Assembly (NCBI GenBank): GCA_963840855.1
Contig: CAWJBB010000043.1
Coordinates: 1 to 10,457 of the forward strand
From: an uncultured delta proteobacterium
GTDB lineage: Bacteria; Desulfobacterota; Binatia; UBA9968
Length of the DNA: 10,457 nt
Direction of reading: 5' to 3'
Part shown: positions 1 through 7,973 of the stretch, piece by piece
How the letters are laid out: each line of letters begins with the position of its first letter
Position numbering within the stretch: the stretch's first letter is position 1
Notes under the pieces: model-generated
What the model was told of the DNA's origin: nothing
Databases searched by the model: none
Seen by the model: only the letters and a program-made list of their open reading frames with translations
Position numbers and translations under genes: made by a program

Positions 1-147
1 CATTCCCGTATACCCTTACGCTCTGCTCGGCCGACTTCTATCTTGCCTGGCCAATTTCGGAGGAAGTCTGAACGCAACTACGTAACCCCAGAATTGATTA
101 TCCGTAGACTTTTTTTCCCGTTTCCCCCAAAAACACTGAAAATTTTC

Positions 148-176
148 TTGTCAGCTGCTCGATTTCATATTAACAT
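148..176 (+). promoter_or_regulatory. Putative sigma70-type promoter for the arginine decarboxylase gene (-35 TTGTCA, 17-bp spacer, -10 TAACAT)
   Basis: TTGTCA at 148-153 (5/6 match to TTGACA), exactly 17 nt spacer, TAACAT at 171-176 (keeps the conserved T,A..T positions). An A/T-rich tract lies upstream, and the ATG at 185 is only 8 nt after the -10 box. Confidence 0.5.
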
Positions 177-184
177 TACGGACA

Positions 185-1048
185 ATGGTTCCTAAAAAAA
201 TGTTTTTCACAAAAGGAGTCGGCGTTCACAAAGAAAAGCTGGCCTCCTTTGAGTTGGCGCTGAGGGCTGCCGGCGTGGCCCACTGCAATTTAGTGCTGGT
301 CTCCAGCATCTATCCCCCAGGCTGCAAGATCATCTCCAAAGACGAAGGACTGAAGCTCTTACGGCCCGGGGAGATCGTATTCGCAGTTTACGATCGAGAA
401 AGTAACAGCGAGCCAAATCGTCTTGTCGCAGCTTCCGTCGGCGTGGCTATCCCAGCGGATTCATCGATGCATGGCTATCTTTCCGAGCATCATTCGTTTG
501 GTGAAACCGATGAAAAGGCCGGGGAGTATGCCGAAGACCTAGCCGCCAGCATGCTCGCGACTACATTGGCGATTGAATTTGATCCTGAATTGGATTGGGA
601 CGAGCGAGAGCACCTTTTTAAGATGTCAGGAAAGATCGTCCGCACGAGCAACATCACTCAATCTGCTGTCGGGAATAAAGATGGGCTCTGGACGACTGTT
701 TTCGCGGCCGGAGTTTTTATCAATGACGACAACTTGTCTGTTGAGACCGGACAGTCTCAAGGGGATGCGGCTTGCAGTAGTGAAATATTGAACCAGGACG
801 AAGTATCAAGACAAGTTCCCGAAGCTCGCGAGCCCCCGCCTCGCCGTCCTGATGAATCGTTCAAACAAAGTGACGAAAAAGCCGGACCTCAACTAAATGC
901 AACTCACGATCAGCAGGAAGTGAAAAAGGCCCTATTTCGAGTTGCGCAACAGAAAGTAGCGCCTTCATCAGCAGAGAAAGACGCCTCCACCGCCGCCGAA
1001 GACCGCGTCCTCAAACCAGGGCATTCTAGACTTTCAAAACCTCTTTGA
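185..1048 (+). CDS. pdaD: Pyruvoyl-dependent arginine decarboxylase (PdaD/PvlArgDC family) with a C-terminal extension
   Basis: N-terminus [37 protein letters not shown] with the Ser-Ser autocleavage site (S40-S41, nt 302-307), [20 protein letters not shown] and [10 protein letters not shown] are all typical of the family. The core ends near aa 179 and is followed by a polar, low-complexity tail. Confidence 0.92.
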   Translation: MVPKKMFFTKGVGVHKEKLASFELALRAAGVAHCNLVLVSSIYPPGCKIISKDEGLKLLRPGEIVFAVYDRESNSEPNRLVAASVGVAIPADSSMHGYLSEHHSFGETDEKAGEYAEDLAASMLATTLAIEFDPELDWDEREHLFKMSGKIVRTSNITQSAVGNKDGLWTTVFAAGVFINDDNLSVETGQSQGDAACSSEILNQDEVSRQVPEAREPPPRRPDESFKQSDEKAGPQLNATHDQQEVKKALFRVAQQKVAPSSAEKDASTAAEDRVLKPGHSRLSKPL

Positions 1049-1172
1049 CGTTTTGTTTCTCCACCTTCGCCATATTTACGGAAACGTGAAAGATCAATAC
1101 TCAGGCCCGACCACAATCCCGACCGCCGCGAATGCCTCCCCGGGATTCGATCGCCGTTCCCTCTTTTCCCCA

Positions 1173-1201
1173 TTGCTGTACCCTCGCAGCTACGTTAACG
1201 T
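1173..1201 (+). promoter_or_regulatory. Possible sigma70-type promoter for the first SBP gene, overlapping a 10-bp palindrome
   Basis: TTGCTG (1173-1178), 17 nt, TAACGT (1196-1201). The perfect palindrome ACGTTAACGT at 1192-1201 overlaps the -10 box. Confidence 0.3.
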
Positions 1202-1248
1202 CAACTGTTAATTAGGACCCGAAGGCTCGGCGCTATTGAGATGCGGCT

Positions 1249-2370
1249 ATGAGGAAAAAATTGATGAAACTTTTGGCGACCATTGTTCTTTGCAGCATGC
1301 TGGCGGACGCATCGTTTATATTTGCCGGGCAAGCAAGCCCGGCGCCGACAAAAAGTAAACAAGCCGATGCGAAAGCATACGTCTCTTTTGGCAGTCATAG
1401 CGAGATAGTCGAGAAAGCAAAGAAAGAGGGAAAGCTGCGAATTCTAGTCAACATGGATCCGGCCACCTTGAAGGCGGCCGGTAAAGCGTTCAATCAGAAG
1501 TATCCGTTTATCAATCTGCACTCGCAGGAAATTACCGGTACCGATATGGCGCAGCGTAACGTACTGGAAATTAAGAGCGGGCAGGCCCGGGAGTGGGACA
1601 TCATTTATCCGAGCCGAGACCTGTACAGTGAGTACCTACCCTATCTTTGGAAGGTTGATCTCCTCGGCATGGCCGAGCGCGGCGTCCTGCAAATTCCCGC
1701 ACCGATGATCGATCCGAAGAACCGTAACATCGTCGCGCCTTATACGCGTCTCATCGTGTCTGCTTACAATAAGACTCTGGTGAGTCCGGAGCAACTGCCA
1801 AAATCCTGGGAAGATTTTCTCAAGCCTGAATTTAAGGGTAGGAAGTTTGCGTTGGATATAGGACCGCGACCGATCGCATGCCTCGTGCCCGCGTGGGGAT
1901 TGGAAAAGACCCTGGATTTCGCGCGCAAACTGGCGGCCCAGGATCCGATCTGGGTGCGTGGCGTAAGCCGGACGTTACCCTCGATTATCGGCGGCGACGT
2001 GCCCATGATGACAGGCACCATGTTTCACAGCGTGAAGCGAGCAGAAATCAAGGACCGCACCGGCGTTCTGCAGCACCTTGTTCTCGAGCCGGTTCCGGTT
2101 TTCCTCACTTCGGAACAGGCGATTCTGGCTACCGCGCCAAACCCACATGCAGCCCTGTTGTGGCTGGAGTGGATGGCCGGCGCGGAGTCGCAAAAGATCG
2201 CCGACGATCAGGAGCCAATGGGATCGTCTCATCTCTTCCGCGGCGGCGGCGTTGAGCAGCAACTCCGCGGGAAGAAACTCTCCTGGGTCACCTGGGAGCA
2301 ACACGCGAACATGGAGTCGTGGATGGTCAAAGTGTTTGAAGCCTACGGCTTTCCCAAAGCACAGCGGTGA
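1249..2370 (+). CDS. ABC transporter extracellular/periplasmic substrate-binding protein (AfuA/FbpA/TbpA-like class II SBP)
   Basis: Signal peptide (KKLMKLLATIVLCSMLADA), AKKEGKL, AYNKTLVSPEQLPKSWEDFLKPEFKGRK and APNPHAALLWLEWM are characteristic of Fe3+/thiamine/polyamine-type SBPs. The true start may be the ATG at 1264, which has GAGG at 1251-1254. Confidence 0.88.
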   Translation: MRKKLMKLLATIVLCSMLADASFIFAGQASPAPTKSKQADAKAYVSFGSHSEIVEKAKKEGKLRILVNMDPATLKAAGKAFNQKYPFINLHSQEITGTDMAQRNVLEIKSGQAREWDIIYPSRDLYSEYLPYLWKVDLLGMAERGVLQIPAPMIDPKNRNIVAPYTRLIVSAYNKTLVSPEQLPKSWEDFLKPEFKGRKFALDIGPRPIACLVPAWGLEKTLDFARKLAAQDPIWVRGVSRTLPSIIGGDVPMMTGTMFHSVKRAEIKDRTGVLQHLVLEPVPVFLTSEQAILATAPNPHAALLWLEWMAGAESQKIADDQEPMGSSHLFRGGGVEQQLRGKKLSWVTWEQHANMESWMVKVFEAYGFPKAQR

Positions 2371-2537
2371 GCCAAGCGACGGTAATTCCAAAAATTTTGG
2401 CCTCGCCGAAGGAACGGCTACGGTAAGGGTTAGTCACCCCGTAAACCTTTTAAAATGTCGCACTGCACCTGAGGCACGCCTATTCTGGATGCTTCTATCG
2501 CCGGATCATTACGCTCCACAGGTCCCGCCCGGTTTGT

Positions 2538-4691
2538 TTATGTCGTTTCAGCTTCCCAATGGCGCGTTATCAAACAGTCAACGACCTTTGCGCCTTTGCC
2601 GTTGTCCAAAACCAGCAGTGGGTTAATGTCGATCTCGTCAAGATCATTTTTTAGGTCGACACAGAGTTGGGAGAAACGTAGAGCGACGTCGATGAGCGCG
2701 TCGATATCCGACGGCGCCCGGCCTCTGAACCCCTGGAGGATTCTTACGCCCTTTAACTCATTCAGCATCTCCTCAACATCGAATCTGCTTAAAGGCGCGA
2801 CCCGCATGGAGATGTCTTTCAAGACTTCAACCAGGACACCACCCAGACCGAGGACAATCGTGGATCCCCATTGCCGGTCTCGAGTCATGCCGATGATGAT
2901 CTCTGTGCCACCACGCACCATTTCCTGTACCAATACCCCGCTAATACCCGCGACCGGATTGTACGCCCTGGCGTTGCTGATAATGCGGCTGAAGGCGCCG
3001 TGCACTTCAGCGTCGCTGTTTACGTTGATTTCCACCGCGCCCGCCTCAGTCTTGTGCGTGATCTCAGGCGATTCGATCTTGAGCACCACCGGATAGCCTA
3101 TAGCTCGCGCGATGCCGACGGCTTCTTCAGCGGTGGTGGCGAGAGATTCCGCGGCAATCGGAATGCCATACTCGGCAAGAATTTGTTTGCTCTGTCGCTC
3201 TGTGAGTCTGCGCCCGAAAGTTTGAACCATGCCCCTTACTTTGTCGACGTCCACAGCCGCTCTTGCCGGCGCATGCATCGATGCCGGGTCCCGGTCGATG
3301 AAGCGCTGATAGCTCAGCAAGGACTTTAGCGCCTTGAATCCTTTGCGGTATTCCAAGAGAAACGGGATTTCATGCTCGCTCAGGAGCTGGCGCCAGTACT
3401 CAGGTAAACTTACGGAGGCGCGAGAAAAGAGGATCAAGAGTTTATCCGTCTTTTCACTTGCCGTGACCAGATCGGCGAAACGGTCCACAACGTCCCGGTC
3501 TTCTCTTAATCGAGGCAAAGGCAGCCTGAGACCGAGAATGTCGATGTTCTCGTCACTAAGCAGCGCGGCAACGCACTGGTTAAAGACTTCCGCCTTGCGC
3601 GTATACTGTTCCGGCGCATTCATGGGGTTGCGAATCGAGAGAAACGGCGATTGGACTTGCTTAAGTCGGTCAATGGTTTTCAGCGAAAATTCCGGCAGAT
3701 CTATGGCCGTCTCCGCGGCAATGTCGGCAATAAGCCCGCACTCCGCGCCGGATGGCGCGATGAACCCTAAACGACCGCCGGTTAACTTTTTGCGTTTCGA
3801 GAAGAGCTCGACAGTTTCGATCAAGTCATCGAGATCATGAACCCGCACCACTCCGTGCTGTTTAAAGACGGCGTCGTAAACCGCATCGGAGCCCACCAGC
3901 GCTCCGGTGTGCGCCTGGGCTGCTTTCACGGCCTTTTCAGATTTGCCGATTTTCAAGACAACCAACGGCTTTTCAAGTCCAGCGGCTATCTTGGCAACTT
4001 GGCGAAAGGTTTCAGGATCTTTTATTCCCTCGGTGAGGACAGCAACAATTTTGGTGCGTTCGTCCCGGACCAGATACTCGGCGTAATGAGCGACATCGAT
4101 GACGGCTTCATTGCCGCAGGAAATCGCATAGCTGACCCCCCAGCCTCGATCCCAGGCGGCGAGCAAGGTCAAGTTCAAAAGTCCGCCGCTCTGAAAAAGC
4201 AGGGCGATCTTTCCCGGCCGCACATGACGCACGTCCGTGCCGAGCAGCAGCGCGACCCGGTCGTGGATGTTGGCCACGCCGAAACAGTTCGGGCCGCAAA
4301 TTCTGATCTTGGCCGCTTCGGCAATCTGTTTGATCCGGTCTTGCAGAGCTTTTCCTTCCGCTGAAGCCTCGGCAAAGCCCGCCGAAACGATCACGCCCGC
4401 TCGCACGCCCTTTTCAGCGCAGCCTTCCAAGGCGGCGATGACGTGATCGCGCGGGATCGCGATCACGCAGGCATCGACGACTTCGGGAATGTCCGTGACC
4501 CTCGGATAGCACTTGAGGCCGAATACTTTCTCGCGCTTAGGATGCACCGGAAATATTTTTCCGCGATAGCCAAACTCGGTGAGGTTATTGAATAGCGCGC
4601 GCGATCTCGACGAAGACTCTGAGGCCCCAATAAGGGCGACCGACCGCGGCGTGAATAGCGTTTGGAGGTCAGCTTTCCAGTTGTCACTCAT
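2538..4691 (-). CDS. Acyl-CoA synthetase (NDP-forming), fused alpha/beta, acetate--CoA ligase family
   Basis: N-terminal CoA-binding domain (LFTPRSVALIGAS, SAGFAE, GPNCFG), QSGG, phospho-His motif AHTGAL, and a C-terminal ATP-grasp domain (GYPVVLKIES, HKTE, VLVQEMV, GLGGVLVE, DINPL). No GNAT domain is present. Confidence 0.92.
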   Translation of the reverse strand: MSDNWKADLQTLFTPRSVALIGASESSSRSRALFNNLTEFGYRGKIFPVHPKREKVFGLKCYPRVTDIPEVVDACVIAIPRDHVIAALEGCAEKGVRAGVIVSAGFAEASAEGKALQDRIKQIAEAAKIRICGPNCFGVANIHDRVALLLGTDVRHVRPGKIALLFQSGGLLNLTLLAAWDRGWGVSYAISCGNEAVIDVAHYAEYLVRDERTKIVAVLTEGIKDPETFRQVAKIAAGLEKPLVVLKIGKSEKAVKAAQAHTGALVGSDAVYDAVFKQHGVVRVHDLDDLIETVELFSKRKKLTGGRLGFIAPSGAECGLIADIAAETAIDLPEFSLKTIDRLKQVQSPFLSIRNPMNAPEQYTRKAEVFNQCVAALLSDENIDILGLRLPLPRLREDRDVVDRFADLVTASEKTDKLLILFSRASVSLPEYWRQLLSEHEIPFLLEYRKGFKALKSLLSYQRFIDRDPASMHAPARAAVDVDKVRGMVQTFGRRLTERQSKQILAEYGIPIAAESLATTAEEAVGIARAIGYPVVLKIESPEITHKTEAGAVEINVNSDAEVHGAFSRIISNARAYNPVAGISGVLVQEMVRGGTEIIIGMTRDRQWGSTIVLGLGGVLVEVLKDISMRVAPLSRFDVEEMLNELKGVRILQGFRGRAPSDIDALIDVALRFSQLCVDLKNDLDEIDINPLLVLDNGKGAKVVDCLITRHWEAETT

Positions 4692-4751
4692 TGCGCTGCT
4701 GTTCTATCTTTTTTCTATCTGCGCACTCCCGGGGTTCGAACAGCGCCGCTG

Positions 4752-5168
4752 CTAGGCGGGTTCAAAGTATGGAATCGTCATGCTGATTTCCTCAACGTCG
4801 CGAAATATCACCCGAACCGGCATGTCGATATGGACAGTGTCTGGTGAGCAATTGATGATGTTACTCGAGATGATTGGCCCCTCGTCGAGTTGAATCAGGG
4901 CGTACACATAAGGCGTGTCATCCTTGAAAGCCGGGCGCATGGCAACCCGCGTGACGTTGAAAGAAATAATTTTGCCCCGGCCGCTGGCTTCGGTCCACGA
5001 CAGGCTGCCGAAAAATGGTTTGTTCCGGTGGTTGCGGCAGTAAGTCGCCGGCCAATACCAGGCGCCGCATTCATTGCACTTCATCAACAGGAAGCGGTGA
5101 TTTTTCAGTCCTGCCCAAAAGGGCTTCATCGCCTTCTCAACAACGGGAACCGGTTTCGTCCAAGCCAT
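4752..5168 (-). CDS. DUF35 / ChsH2-C-terminal-like Zn-ribbon + OB-fold protein (acyl-CoA-associated thiolase partner)
   Basis: KPFW...CNECG...P...CRNH Zn-ribbon, W.EASGRG.I.SF and PYV.ALIQLDEGP OB-fold motifs. The start is re-called to the ATG at 5168 (MAWTKP, 138 aa), which overlaps the thiolase TGA by 1 nt (TGATG). Confidence 0.9.
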   Translation of the reverse strand: MAWTKPVPVVEKAMKPFWAGLKNHRFLLMKCNECGAWYWPATYCRNHRNKPFFGSLSWTEASGRGKIISFNVTRVAMRPAFKDDTPYVYALIQLDEGPIISSNIINCSPDTVHIDMPVRVIFRDVEEISMTIPYFEPA

Positions 5169-6457
5169 CACGGCCTCCCCAAGACCAAACTGGTGTGGAT
5201 CGAACACATGCCGGGCGCAAAGACTTCGCCGCCGTGCCCTGTGACCAAAGAAATACGCGCATTGGGGATCTGTCGTTCGGCAGCCTCGCCGCGCAATTGG
5301 AAAACCGCTTCCGAGAGCCCGGTCATATCAGCCAGATGATAAGCCGAGAGCAGGCCGCCGCTAGTATTCGCGGGGGTGTCGCCGCCGGGGCCGATGTGAC
5401 CGGCTTCAACGTAAGCGCCGCCTTCGCCTTTGGCGCACCAGCCGTAGTCTTCGAGCTGAAAAATCAGCTCCGCGGTAAAGCAGTCATAGAACTGCGCGAC
5501 GTCAATATCTTTCACCGCGATGCCGGCTTGACCGAACGCAGCTTCCTTCGCCTTCGCGACCGGAAGCCTCGTGTAGTGCGCGGCGCCCTCCCACCACTGC
5601 CCGCCCTGCGCGTCGCCATAGCCGATGCCGAGAACGGACACCGGCGGTTTTGCGCAGTCGCGCGCGCGCTCTATCGAAGTCAGAACGAAGGCGACGGCGC
5701 CGTCGGTGGTCACGGACATATCCATCAGATGATACGGCTCGATGTACTTCGGCGAGGCGAAATAATCCGCCAGCGTCGCCGGGCGGCCGTACATTAGCGC
5801 CAGGGGATTCTTGCACGCCCAAGCGCGTACTTGGATGGCCCCGGCGCCGAACTGTTCCTCAGTCGTGCCGTATTCGTACTTATGGCGCGCGGCAAACATG
5901 CTGTGATCATGCGCCGCGGCGGTCCGGCCAAAGGTCGGCCCCCACATGCCGGCAACGGTCGCGAGATTTATCTGGCCGCGCACCCCTTGCTCGCGAACGT
6001 CTTTTCTGTGGCTCCGAGTCCAATCTTCGCGCGAGCCGGCGATGACAACGTATTTTGCGAGGCCCAATTCTAGAAACGACAAAGCCGTGATAATGCCGAT
6101 GGTGCTCCAACCGCCGCCGCGGCCACAGTGATAATAAAAGTTGACGGGTAATCCCAACATGCGCGGAAACGCGTCCATATGCTCGATGACTCCACGGCCG
6201 CTCCGCGGTCCACCGTGCACGTGGACGGCGCCGTCGATGTCCTTGTTGGTCAGGCCCGCGTCCTCGATGGCACGGCGCGCCGCTTCAGCTTCAAGATCCT
6301 TGGCCGACAGGTCGAGCACCGGAGACGGAATCGCGTGTTCCAACATCGGATGGCCTGGAACCTCCGCCTGGCGTTTCTCCAATTCCTTTTCCGGCACACC
6401 GACGACCATGCCCAACCCGGCGATGGCGTACTTCCCTGACAGCTTGTGTGTTTCCAT
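5168..6457 (-). CDS. Thiolase-superfamily protein, SCP2/Ltp2-like (non-canonical; possible retro-aldolase)
   Basis: AIAGLG, AIEDAGL..KDIDG, KYEYGTTEEQ, DGAVAFVL, DIDVAQFYDCFT, NTSGGLLSAYH and EAVFQLRGEA.ERQ. The start is re-called to the ATG at 6457 (METHKL, 429 aa), which has GGAG upstream. The track start at 6556 overlaps the SBP gene. Confidence 0.9.
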   Translation of the reverse strand: METHKLSGKYAIAGLGMVVGVPEKELEKRQAEVPGHPMLEHAIPSPVLDLSAKDLEAEAARRAIEDAGLTNKDIDGAVHVHGGPRSGRGVIEHMDAFPRMLGLPVNFYYHCGRGGGWSTIGIITALSFLELGLAKYVVIAGSREDWTRSHRKDVREQGVRGQINLATVAGMWGPTFGRTAAAHDHSMFAARHKYEYGTTEEQFGAGAIQVRAWACKNPLALMYGRPATLADYFASPKYIEPYHLMDMSVTTDGAVAFVLTSIERARDCAKPPVSVLGIGYGDAQGGQWWEGAAHYTRLPVAKAKEAAFGQAGIAVKDIDVAQFYDCFTAELIFQLEDYGWCAKGEGGAYVEAGHIGPGGDTPANTSGGLLSAYHLADMTGLSEAVFQLRGEAAERQIPNARISLVTGHGGEVFAPGMCSIHTSLVLGRP

Positions 6458-6504
6458 CAATGAACTCCAATCCCGAGCGATCTTTGGCGGCAGGACAACA
6501 GCGC

Positions 6505-7608
6505 TTACGATCCGGCTTTGGGAAAGCCGAACGCTTTTACCGCCGCGCCCATCCAATCTGGTCCTTTCTCATAGTGTCGCCAGTCTTTGAGCCACATTTT
6601 TTTGCCGCGAATGATTTTCTCCACCGCCGATCCCGCCGCATAGATGGAAGATTTTAGCGGCTCGTGCTTGTCGATAATGACTTGAGCTTCGCTGCCGGCG
6701 AGGAATTCCAGCCAGAGCAGCGCGGCGTAAGGGTGCTTCGCCGTCTCCAAAACCATTTGCGGTTCAGATAGTCGCACGGGCACCGGCTCGACGATTTTCA
6801 ACTCCAAGCAACCCGTCTTGTCCTTCTCCTTTGCTCTCACCGTGCTGTGATAGTTGATTCCCGAATGCACTTGATATTCGCCCGCCGCGATCTGGGTAAG
6901 TACGCGGCTTGCGCCTCTGATCCAGACTGGATCCTGGGCGGCGATCTTTTGCGCATAGTCGACCATCCACTCTTCGCCGGCGCCCGCTGCGAAGGATTGA
7001 TAGTGAAAGGGCCGGATATCAACCAGGAATTTTCTGCCCTTTAGCTCGGGTTTCAAAAAGTCCTCCCAGCGGTCAGGGACCTTGGCGGCTTCGAGGAGGC
7101 ATTTGTTGAAAGCGATGGCCGCGAATATCGTAGCTGCCGAGATAGCCTTGCGCGACAACGGATCGATCATCTTGACCGGCAGCGACAAAACGCCCTGCTC
7201 GGCCATGCCGAGAATATCGAACTTTTTACCGCGCGTAATGAATCCCTTATAAAAATCTTCGCTGATGTAGGTAAAGTCGGCCTGCGCCGTGCCGCCCTGA
7301 ACTTCCAACAGAAACCTCTGGGTCGCCTCGGTTCCAGTAATTTCGTGGAGTTTCAGATCGAGAAACGGATATCTGGTTCTAAATGCCTTGGTCAAAGGCC
7401 CAAATGTTTCCGGATCGAGCGACACAATGCCGTCGACTCGCGCTTCCTGTTTCGCCAGCTTGACGATCTCGTCGCGACTGGAAAAGAACAGGTATCCCTT
7501 GGCTTCCGCTTCTTGCTTGCTCTTTTGCAAAGCCGCTGGCGCCGAGGCAGCGAGCGCGGTGGATGCCGCGTAGAAAAACCCCAGTAATAAATAGACTGGA
7601 GTTATCAC
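6505..7608 (-). CDS. ABC transporter substrate-binding protein, paralogue of 1249-2370
   Basis: Hydrophobic N-terminus ending in ALA-A. Shares EITGT, LGMAE.GVL, MIDP, WEDFLKPE.KGRKF..DI.P, AAQDP.W.RG.SR, EPVPV, AALLWLE and GFPKA with the first SBP. The GTG start is uncertain (see the upstream ORF). Confidence 0.87.
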   Translation of the reverse strand: MITPVYLLLGFFYAASTALAASAPAALQKSKQEAEAKGYLFFSSRDEIVKLAKQEARVDGIVSLDPETFGPLTKAFRTRYPFLDLKLHEITGTEATQRFLLEVQGGTAQADFTYISEDFYKGFITRGKKFDILGMAEQGVLSLPVKMIDPLSRKAISAATIFAAIAFNKCLLEAAKVPDRWEDFLKPELKGRKFLVDIRPFHYQSFAAGAGEEWMVDYAQKIAAQDPVWIRGASRVLTQIAAGEYQVHSGINYHSTVRAKEKDKTGCLELKIVEPVPVRLSEPQMVLETAKHPYAALLWLEFLAGSEAQVIIDKHEPLKSSIYAAGSAVEKIIRGKKMWLKDWRHYEKGPDWMGAAVKAFGFPKAGS

Positions 7609-7664
7609 CTCATTCGACTGCCTAACAAGAGCGGTCGCACTACCATTCTGAGTTTCATAATCAT
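7605..7664 (-). other. 19-codon upstream ORF (MIMKLRMVVRPLLLGSRMR*) overlapping the SBP GTG start (GTGA); either a leader peptide or the frameshifted N-terminus of the SBP
   Basis: ATG at 7664 is preceded by the SD-like GGTGAGG (7679-7673, 8-nt spacer). Its TGA at 7607-7605 overlaps the GTG at 7608-7606. Confidence 0.45.
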
Positions 7665-7973
7665 ATCAGCAGCCTCACCGTAGTGTCGCTGAGAACTCCA
7701 AAACAGAGCAACAAGGCGCACAGAAAACAGTTTCATCGAGTAACGTTCGCTGCGAAGTTTAGACCCACGCCCCCGCGTTTAACAAGGCTCACCTTCAATT
7801 GCAAGGGAGGTGTAAGAGATTTCTCAACTCAATATAGACAAGACAGCGATGCGAGAACTCATGGATCTCAATAGCTGTGACATGGCAATGCGTTTTCTGT
7901 AGTGAGTCAGGAGCGCGTTAGAGATCTTCAGCATCCGAGTGCACGCCCTACGTACTGACAAACAACCCCTCGC

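Noticed and set aside
1-20. Possible divergent gene start (CAT at 1-3 with AAGGG upstream on the - strand)
   Set aside because: It is at the window edge with no coding sequence available to evaluate.
2371-2537. Intrinsic terminator between the convergent SBP and ligase genes
   Set aside because: Only a weak bulged hairpin (about 2419-2443) and a CCAAAAATTTTGG near-palindrome are present. There is no convincing GC stem with an adjacent U-tract.
2538-4691. Protein lysine acetyltransferase (Pat/Pka) call for the ligase
   Set aside because: There is no C-terminal GNAT domain, and the catalytic His motifs (HTG, HKTE) are intact.
5169-5207. Longer DUF35 start given in the ORF track
   Set aside because: It lies inside the thiolase gene. 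The TGATG-coupled ATG at 5168 is more plausible.
5015-5797. 260-aa + strand ORF and many other 60-180 aa antisense or alternate-frame ORFs
   Set aside because: They overlap well-supported CDSs, show no recognisable motifs and are the shadow ORFs expected in GC-rich coding DNA.
6458-6556. Longer thiolase start given in the ORF track
   Set aside because: It overlaps the SBP 3' end by 52 nt. The ATG at 6457 has a GGAG SD and gives a typical thiolase N-terminus.
7683-7874. 63-aa + strand ORF or ncRNA/riboswitch in the MmgE-SBP intergenic region
   Set aside because: No SD, no protein motif and no recognisable RNA family signature. Only an imperfect hairpin near 7790-7812.
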